IMG/VR virus record: IMGVR_UViG_3300022074_000006
Span: 1 to 64,000 of that record
Strand: one strand, 5' to 3'
Length of the DNA: 64,000 nt
DNA from: a virus
Shown one piece after another: positions 58,203 to 64,000 of this stretch; within the stretch, counting starts at the first letter, position 1; each line of letters starts with the position of its first letter. A program made the position numbers and the translations under genes. The notes under the pieces are model-generated. The model did no database searches and was not told where the DNA came from. It saw nothing but the letters and a program-made list of their open reading frames with translations.

Positions 58203-58913
58203 ATGGGATTCCTGGATCATTCTACAAACAATATAATTTTAGATGCAGTCTTGACCGACGCAGGTCGTAGGCAACTTGCTGCAAACAGAGGCGACTTTCA
58301 AATTGCGTATTTTTCCTTAGCAGACGATGAAGTCGACTACACGCTGATTACAAAGTTCGGAAGAGCAATAGGAAAAGAGAAAATCTCTAAAAACACACCG
58401 ATTTTTGAAGCTCAAACCAACTCGCAAATAGCTTTAAAAAATAGACTGCTTTCTCTTCCGGACCCAACAGTTACAGTGCTTCCTAAGATAACTGCAACTG
58501 TAAATGGCACAGAAGAGGTTTCTCTTTCCAGGCTGACTGCCTCGAGACAGACGGCGACAATCAGACTTGAGCAAACCATAGAGTCGGGCAGACCTATTCC
58601 AGACGGTGCAGTTGACTCTTCTTTCACAGTCATAGTTCCGGATAGATTTGTTAAAATACCAAACGCAGACCCTAATGCTATAGATGAAATAAGCAGAATG
58701 GCAAGTTATGATGTGATCGCTGCCGGATCTCGAAACGCATCTGGAGGAGCTGACACCGGCTTTCAAGTAAGAGTTTCTCCAGGACTAGACGATGAAATGT
58801 TTGACGGGTTTGGGGATCAAGGAAATAAGTCTCAGATCTCTTCGATAATAACTGTGATCGGAAATCAAACCGGTTTTAGAAAAGACGTAGCTGTTAAGAT
58901 TACAAAGACGTGA
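58203..58913 (+). CDS. Baseplate/fibre-attachment-like protein
   Basis: IILDAVLTDAGRRQLAA..FQIAYFSLADDEVDY resembles the LTxxG..LA start of tail-collar/fibre-anchor domains. Confidence 0.6.
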   Translation: MGFLDHSTNNIILDAVLTDAGRRQLAANRGDFQIAYFSLADDEVDYTLITKFGRAIGKEKISKNTPIFEAQTNSQIALKNRLLSLPDPTVTVLPKITATVNGTEEVSLSRLTASRQTATIRLEQTIESGRPIPDGAVDSSFTVIVPDRFVKIPNADPNAIDEISRMASYDVIAAGSRNASGGADTGFQVRVSPGLDDEMFDGFGDQGNKSQISSIITVIGNQTGFRKDVAVKITKT

Positions 58914-58931
58914 TATAGGAGTTAAAGCAAA

Positions 58932-60284
58932 ATGGCAGTGTTGACAGGAGGAAGCTTTAAGAGAGTTTCACCGTCCGATATAGTGACCAGAAAGAGTAAT
59001 TTAAATCAACTGGTCGACGTGATTCAAGAGGACATATCAGGATCTGCAACTCGCAGAAAGTATCAGGTTTTTGTTACAGGTGGCCAAGGCCCAGGGGTTA
59101 CATCTTCATTGTTTCAGACAGTCTACGATCAAGATTTTACACTTCAGACTGCTAATCCAATTTTCGATATGACAGTCGGGCTTAGTAGTTTGTCCCAAGT
59201 TGTAACTTCAAGTAGAACTGCTACAGATGCTGCAACAGGAAAAATGCTGTTTCCGTCTCAGACCCTCATGATGAGAGAAAAGATGGATGTTTACAGACAA
59301 TATGCAAAGACTCTGCTAGGTAATTCTGATACAAAGTTTTTTGCGCCTATTACGACCACAGACGTGTCAGATACTAACGCAGCCGGCGATCCTAATCCAG
59401 ATCGAATCGACGAAGCAATGTTTATTTCTTTTCGTCGGCTTTTTGCAAGAGACAAGATGAAAAAAGAAACTTTTGCAATGCGGTTCTATATGTCTGCATC
59501 TGCCGGTGATGGAAGCTTTAACTTCGCCGGGACCACAGCTGTTAACGATTCTAACAACATCTTGTCAAATCTGGACAGAACGACAATATCAGGATCTGTG
59601 ATTTTGACAGACATAGGAGCGGCAACTAACACAACAACTAGGTTTGGCGGAGAAGTTGCTTCAATTGTTAAAGCGAATGACACATCACAAAGAGTAGGAC
59701 TGGTTTTTTACGATCACGGAACAGTAGTCTTGGACCTTAAGAAAATCACTAGCGCTTCTCAGCATATGTCCGGTGTGATCGATGGAATGAGCGGAGGAAC
59801 TATAGCAGGAACCGTTGGAGCTCTTCCGTCAGGAAAATGCCACCTAGGTAGAAATCTAACAGGTGCAACAGACACCTCTGCAGAAACAAAAGTAAAGATC
59901 GGAAATCCTTTCGCAAAGTTCATACCTGACTTTTTAGCTAGTGGCTCTATTGACAATATCATAGATCACATTGCAGGAACAAGATTTCAGTCAGGCTCTC
60001 TAACTGGGATGACGTTTCAGAACATTACGCGCATCAACTCTACCCTTATATTCTGTAGAGCTACCGCAGATGAGTTTAACTTTTCTACAAATCCTTCATA
60101 TGTAGATGCGTCTGGAAACATTGTCGCTGTAGAGACAGGAACAGATCAGAGAAGCTTTGCTTTTCCGACAACTATTGGACTTCACGATGAAGCAGGTACA
60201 GTCCTTGCAGTTGCAAAGCTTTCTCGACCTGTTGAAAAGAACGACGAAAAGGACATTACCTTCAGAGTAAGGCTCGACTTCTAG
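58932..60284 (+). CDS. Baseplate/fibre-attachment-like protein
   Basis: C-terminal TTIGLHDEAGTVLAVAKLSRPVEK..ITFRVRLDF resembles the IGLYDxxGxLxAVA end of tail-collar/fibre-anchor domains. Confidence 0.6.
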   Translation: MAVLTGGSFKRVSPSDIVTRKSNLNQLVDVIQEDISGSATRRKYQVFVTGGQGPGVTSSLFQTVYDQDFTLQTANPIFDMTVGLSSLSQVVTSSRTATDAATGKMLFPSQTLMMREKMDVYRQYAKTLLGNSDTKFFAPITTTDVSDTNAAGDPNPDRIDEAMFISFRRLFARDKMKKETFAMRFYMSASAGDGSFNFAGTTAVNDSNNILSNLDRTTISGSVILTDIGAATNTTTRFGGEVASIVKANDTSQRVGLVFYDHGTVVLDLKKITSASQHMSGVIDGMSGGTIAGTVGALPSGKCHLGRNLTGATDTSAETKVKIGNPFAKFIPDFLASGSIDNIIDHIAGTRFQSGSLTGMTFQNITRINSTLIFCRATADEFNFSTNPSYVDASGNIVAVETGTDQRSFAFPTTIGLHDEAGTVLAVAKLSRPVEKNDEKDITFRVRLDF

Positions 60285-60293
60285 GAGGGCTTG

Positions 60294-63200
60294 ATGGCCA
60301 TTATACCTCTAGAGCCGGGAAATTTTGATTCATTTGAAATTGTCGGTCGACCTCGGAGTAAGTTTAGCTCAGGAAGTCACATGGGTCCAACTGGATCGAT
60401 GCCTCTTGTTAGCAACAAGACGACTGCAATAAAGGACGTTGAAGTTAGAGAAGAGTTCGGATCTGGTCCTGTTGTTGACAACTCTTACAGAGCAGTACTT
60501 GAGGGAAGTCGACTTAACGATTTCGCTCAGTTTACAATAACCATTCAGTCCGGATCTTACAGGCACAAGTCTAAGTCAGCCCAGATCAGTCTAGCTTCTA
60601 CATCGACAAGGCTGGGCTATAGATTCAATTTGCTGACATCTGCTAGTCAAGCAAAGGAAACTACTTTTAGAGACACAGATGTTGACATAATAGACATAGC
60701 TGCTCAATCTCCTGCAGCATTTCTTGCTAACAAGAGCTTAGGACTGATCGCTCAGAGAATTCAAACAGCAATAAATAGTCCTCTAAATACACCCGACCCT
60801 GCTGATGTGACTAAATATATAAAGGTCCAGCACTACTTGGCTTCGCCTCCTGTTCCAAATAATGCCAACCCTCCGACTGAATATACAATCGATGTCCAGT
60901 TTATTAAGACTCCGTATTACTCTGGGGGTCAACCAAGACAGTTTCAGACTGGTGAGGTTATGGTTAACAAGATCAACAGAAGTTCTCATAGAAACGCAGC
61001 CGGAGTATTTGACGCTAATGACAGTATACAGTTCAGTGCAATAACGATTCAGTCTGGGTCAAATCTCGAAACAAAACTCAACAACCTTTTGAATGAAACT
61101 AGAGATCAGCCTGTAGCAGCAAATTACGGCAAAGAGTTGCGAGTAGTAAGGTTTGAACCATCTGTTAAGTTCACTAAAGATACAATGAGAAAAAACGTAG
61201 TGAAAGACGTTTTGTATCCTAGCTACAGGCACCTGTATCCTAATCTGCACTGGTCTTACACAAATTATCATTCTATCAATTTCTTTACTGGGAGCGGTAT
61301 TCCTGAGGATACTGCAATTCTCTATTTGAACAAGCTTAAACCTAAGTTTTCTGTGGAAATACCGGTGTTGAAAGACGGATCTTTCAACACCGATGAGTTC
61401 ACTAAGAACTCTGACTCTGATTTTGTGTCTCCTCAAGCAGGATTCAACGTTGAAGGTGTCACTACAGATGACAAGGTTTTTGTTTTTAATTCTACACAGG
61501 CTGTAGGTCAACAATCATCTGGGTTTGGCAGGAATATATCACTCAAAAGAACCATCCCATCCAACACCCTCGCTACTGTAAGAATGGACATCATCAAAGC
61601 GAAAGGGTCGTCTATTCCTGGGGTAGGGTCCATTTTCTTAAGAAGCGGAACTACGCCTGATCAAGCCAACGGCATTAAGATCAGCATCATAGACAATGAG
61701 GGATCTCCAACAACTAAAGTCTATGTCTTGGATTCTTTTGGAGACTATTCTGTCGCAGGAAATGAAGTCAAAGTAGATATTTCAAGCCAGACTGGCGTCA
61801 ACGGGATTTTAAGCACCCTCAGGACTTCAATATTGTCCGCCGGCGGTCATAACAACAAGGTCCTGGTAGGTCCGGTCTTGAATAACACTCTGGAGTTAAC
61901 TCAAGCGACAGGAGGTACTTCTGGCAACAAGACAATTTCAGTATCTGGCGACAACTTAGAAAAAATCATAGTGTCTTCTTTTGCTGGAGGAGCTGCTAGT
62001 GATCAAGTTAATCGACCCGACGGGGGTGCTTTAGAGGCCCCTGATCCTGCTGTTGCTGCAGACGGTTCCATAACAGTTGACAATTCTAGCCCTACAATAA
62101 CTAACGGCACCACCATCACCATGTCTTCAACAGATCAGACAGAGATCGTGTACGTGATAGACACGGGCCAGTCAAACACAGGACACAAAAACGGGTTAGG
62201 ACAGGTCGTGATTGGATTGAACGGTGGTCCTAACGCAAATGCAATAGCATCAAAAATCCAAAAAGCAATACTGTCAGGCAATGGGCACAATGGAAAGATA
62301 AGAGCAGAATTAAGCAACAACGTAGTGACGTTGACTCAGCAAGCAAAGGGTGCAGCAGGCAATGGATCGATTGTAATTGCAGGAGATACTGACAGCCTTC
62401 TGACTCCGTCTAATTTTACTAACGGTTTTACAGGAGAAGATGTTGTCATACTCCACAAGAAGAAGTCTGATGCGTCTTTCAAAGAAATCTACAGAATAGA
62501 CATTGCAACTCTTAAGACGCCCAATCAGAATGAGTGGAAAAAGGTTGAGTTTGATATATCGGGTGATCTTATTGACGAAGACTATGAGGTTAAAATAGCA
62601 CAGTCTGCACCTTCCAGTGACAATCATGATCATCTTATTGTTCATGACGCTAAAATTACTCTAGAAACATTGCCTGAAGACTCTACTGTCAAACTTCCCT
62701 ATGCATACTCTCCTAGAGAAGATTTCACTATGTCATTCTGGATAAAGCCTAAAATAGTAGGCAGAGACAAAAATGGAGGATATAAGGCAGGCACAGTTTT
62801 GCACTTGTCCAGCTCTTACGCAATATCAGTCCTGTCAGGAAGCTCAGTCGACGGTTTCGGCAGATCAGATAAGTTTAGATTGATGTTCCAGTTTGATACG
62901 AGTGCCAACATTGCACCTTCTAAAGTCCCTCTTAAAAAGTACGCTAGAAGCGATTCTGAGCATGATCCTGCTTTGTGGAGTGTAGGAAGTAACTTTAAAA
63001 ACGGTGAGTATCCAAGGGACGGAAGAGTTATCACGAACTCTTTAGTTTGGAAAGATGATGCCGATCTTATATTCTTGTCGTCTGACAATGCACTTTCCGG
63101 AGATACGTGGCATCACGTCGCCGTAAGATGGTCTGCCCACAAGAACAATAGGTCAGGATCGATCTATATAGACGGAGAGCTGGATTCTACTTTTCACATA

Positions 63201-64000
63201 AACTCTGGCTCCGCAATGCCGAGGTCAATGCCCGATTCGAGAGGCGATCCATCTGTTCTTTTTGTTGGTAACTACTTTGACGGCAGGAATGACGGTGACG
63301 AAGGCATGCTCATGAGTCAGTTTTTCAACGGGAATGCATCGTACCAGGAAGGGCTACCGCTTGCTTTCAAAGCAGTGGAAAACGCCATTCCAAACTATCA
63401 GATTGACAACTTTTTGTATAGAGACCCAAGTGACAGCCTTTATGAGCTGGATCATCCTCTCAAGGCTGAAATTCATGAGGTCAAGCTATACAATAAGTTT
63501 AAAAATCAGCTAGAAATTAAATCAGGAATGTCAAAACAGATTGATTTCCCAGATCAGGGTTTGATATTTTATCTTCCTGTGTTTTTTACACCTGAGACTC
63601 CAACTAGAGATATCATGCAAACCCCGTTCCAAACGTTCAGGTCTACGACAAACGATCCGTTCAACGTAGCACTATCATTTGGAGTAGGAGGAAAAACAAT
63701 GAACTTGCCTAACTTCTTAAGAGAGCACGTTCAAAAGAATTATCCGAGACTCTTAAATTTGACTGCTAGTGCTATTACCACAACAGACACTAAGTCTAGG
63801 ACAGCAGATGAATGGTTAGGATCAGTTCCAGCTCATAGAAAAGGTAACTACACAATACTTCCATGTGACAATGGACTTTTTCGTCCGACGTATTCCTCCA
63901 TAATAACCGGCTCTCAAACTACTAAAGTACGGACTGGATCGATCAACTACGTCTATAGAGACGACAACAATTATCTTAGAAACGGCTTGATTAGCTTGAG
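60294..64000 (+). CDS. Large structural protein, partial (runs off the window; not in the ORF track), with a split jelly-roll domain, two insertion modules and a LamG-like domain
   Basis: GGAGG SD at 60284-88 and ATG 60294 (MAIIPLEPGNFDSFEIVGRPRSKF). The stretches I translated (start, 61440-62670, DLIFLSSDNALSGDTWHHVAVRW, end DDNNYLRNGLISL) are all open in the same frame. Confidence 0.8.
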   Translation, partial: MAIIPLEPGNFDSFEIVGRPRSKFSSGSHMGPTGSMPLVSNKTTAIKDVEVREEFGSGPVVDNSYRAVLEGSRLNDFAQFTITIQSGSYRHKSKSAQISLASTSTRLGYRFNLLTSASQAKETTFRDTDVDIIDIAAQSPAAFLANKSLGLIAQRIQTAINSPLNTPDPADVTKYIKVQHYLASPPVPNNANPPTEYTIDVQFIKTPYYSGGQPRQFQTGEVMVNKINRSSHRNAAGVFDANDSIQFSAITIQSGSNLETKLNNLLNETRDQPVAANYGKELRVVRFEPSVKFTKDTMRKNVVKDVLYPSYRHLYPNLHWSYTNYHSINFFTGSGIPEDTAILYLNKLKPKFSVEIPVLKDGSFNTDEFTKNSDSDFVSPQAGFNVEGVTTDDKVFVFNSTQAVGQQSSGFGRNISLKRTIPSNTLATVRMDIIKAKGSSIPGVGSIFLRSGTTPDQANGIKISIIDNEGSPTTKVYVLDSFGDYSVAGNEVKVDISSQTGVNGILSTLRTSILSAGGHNNKVLVGPVLNNTLELTQATGGTSGNKTISVSGDNLEKIIVSSFAGGAASDQVNRPDGGALEAPDPAVAADGSITVDNSSPTITNGTTITMSSTDQTEIVYVIDTGQSNTGHKNGLGQVVIGLNGGPNANAIASKIQKAILSGNGHNGKIRAELSNNVVTLTQQAKGAAGNGSIVIAGDTDSLLTPSNFTNGFTGEDVVILHKKKSDASFKEIYRIDIATLKTPNQNEWKKVEFDISGDLIDEDYEVKIAQSAPSSDNHDHLIVHDAKITLETLPEDSTVKLPYAYSPREDFTMSFWIKPKIVGRDKNGGYKAGTVLHLSSSYAISVLSGSSVDGFGRSDKFRLMFQFDTSANIAPSKVPLKKYARSDSEHDPALWSVGSNFKNGEYPRDGRVITNSLVWKDDADLIFLSSDNALSGDTWHHVAVRWSAHKNNRSGSIYIDGELDSTFHINSGSAMPRSMPDSRGDPSVLFVGNYFDGRNDGDEGMLMSQFFNGNASYQEGLPLAFKAVENAIPNYQIDNFLYRDPSDSLYELDHPLKAEIHEVKLYNKFKNQLEIKSGMSKQIDFPDQGLIFYLPVFFTPETPTRDIMQTPFQTFRSTTNDPFNVALSFGVGGKTMNLPNFLREHVQKNYPRLLNLTASAITTTDTKSRTADEWLGSVPAHRKGNYTILPCDNGLFRPTYSSIITGSQTTKVRTGSINYVYRDDNNYLRNGLISL
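61620..62426 (+). repeat. Two further insertion-module copies (61620-61991 and 62058-62426)
   Basis: KISIIDNEG..KVY..GGHNNKV..LELTQATGGTSGNK..FAGG and TITMSSTDQT..GNGHNGKI..VTLTQQAKGAAGN..NFTNG. Confidence 0.8.

Noticed and set aside
23401-62426. Inteins as the explanation for the in-frame insertions
   Set aside because: The modules lack the N-terminal Cys/Ser block, the C-terminal His-Asn and any homing-endonuclease motif. They end in FxGG.
646-63088. The many 60-140-aa minus-strand and alternate-frame ORFs in the track
   Set aside because: They lie wholly within longer + strand genes with recognisable motifs and show no family signatures. I treat them as shadow ORFs.
1-64000. Stop-codon reassignment as in some jumbo phages
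   Set aside because: Very long ORFs are intact in the standard code, and TAG (e.g. 30719, 40278, 56223), TGA and TAA all end genes right before the next start.

Overview
The window reads as a segment of a large (jumbo-type) contractile-tailed phage genome. Genes are almost all on the + strand and translationally coupled, in the standard genetic code. No tRNA, rRNA, CRISPR array or integrase is visible. (1) 194-17162 is a 17-kb glycan-biosynthesis island: 8 glycosyltransferase genes (9 GT domains), 2 SAM methyltransferases, 2 NAD-dependent epimerases, a UDP-GlcNAc 2-epimerase, a short UDP-sugar dehydrogenase and a NodU/CmcH carbamoyltransferase, with a Cas4/AddB-like nuclease embedded. (2) 17141-18553 holds a small membrane protein, a T4 gp55-like sigma factor and a small helical protein. 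(3) 18556 to the window end is a baseplate/tail-fibre module: gp5-like spike, gp25, gp6, very large LamG/jelly-roll proteins, a 1877-aa repeat fibre, and a final ORF from 60294 that runs off the window and is missing from the ORF track. The most striking observations are (a) a 120-150-aa portable module inserted in-frame into loops of at least four structural proteins, including one copy nested inside another copy, and (b) a lone reverse-strand, N-terminally truncated MurE-like ligase with its own sigma70-type promoter, wedged tail-to-tail against the fibre gene. All family calls come from motif recognition by eye; no database search was run.
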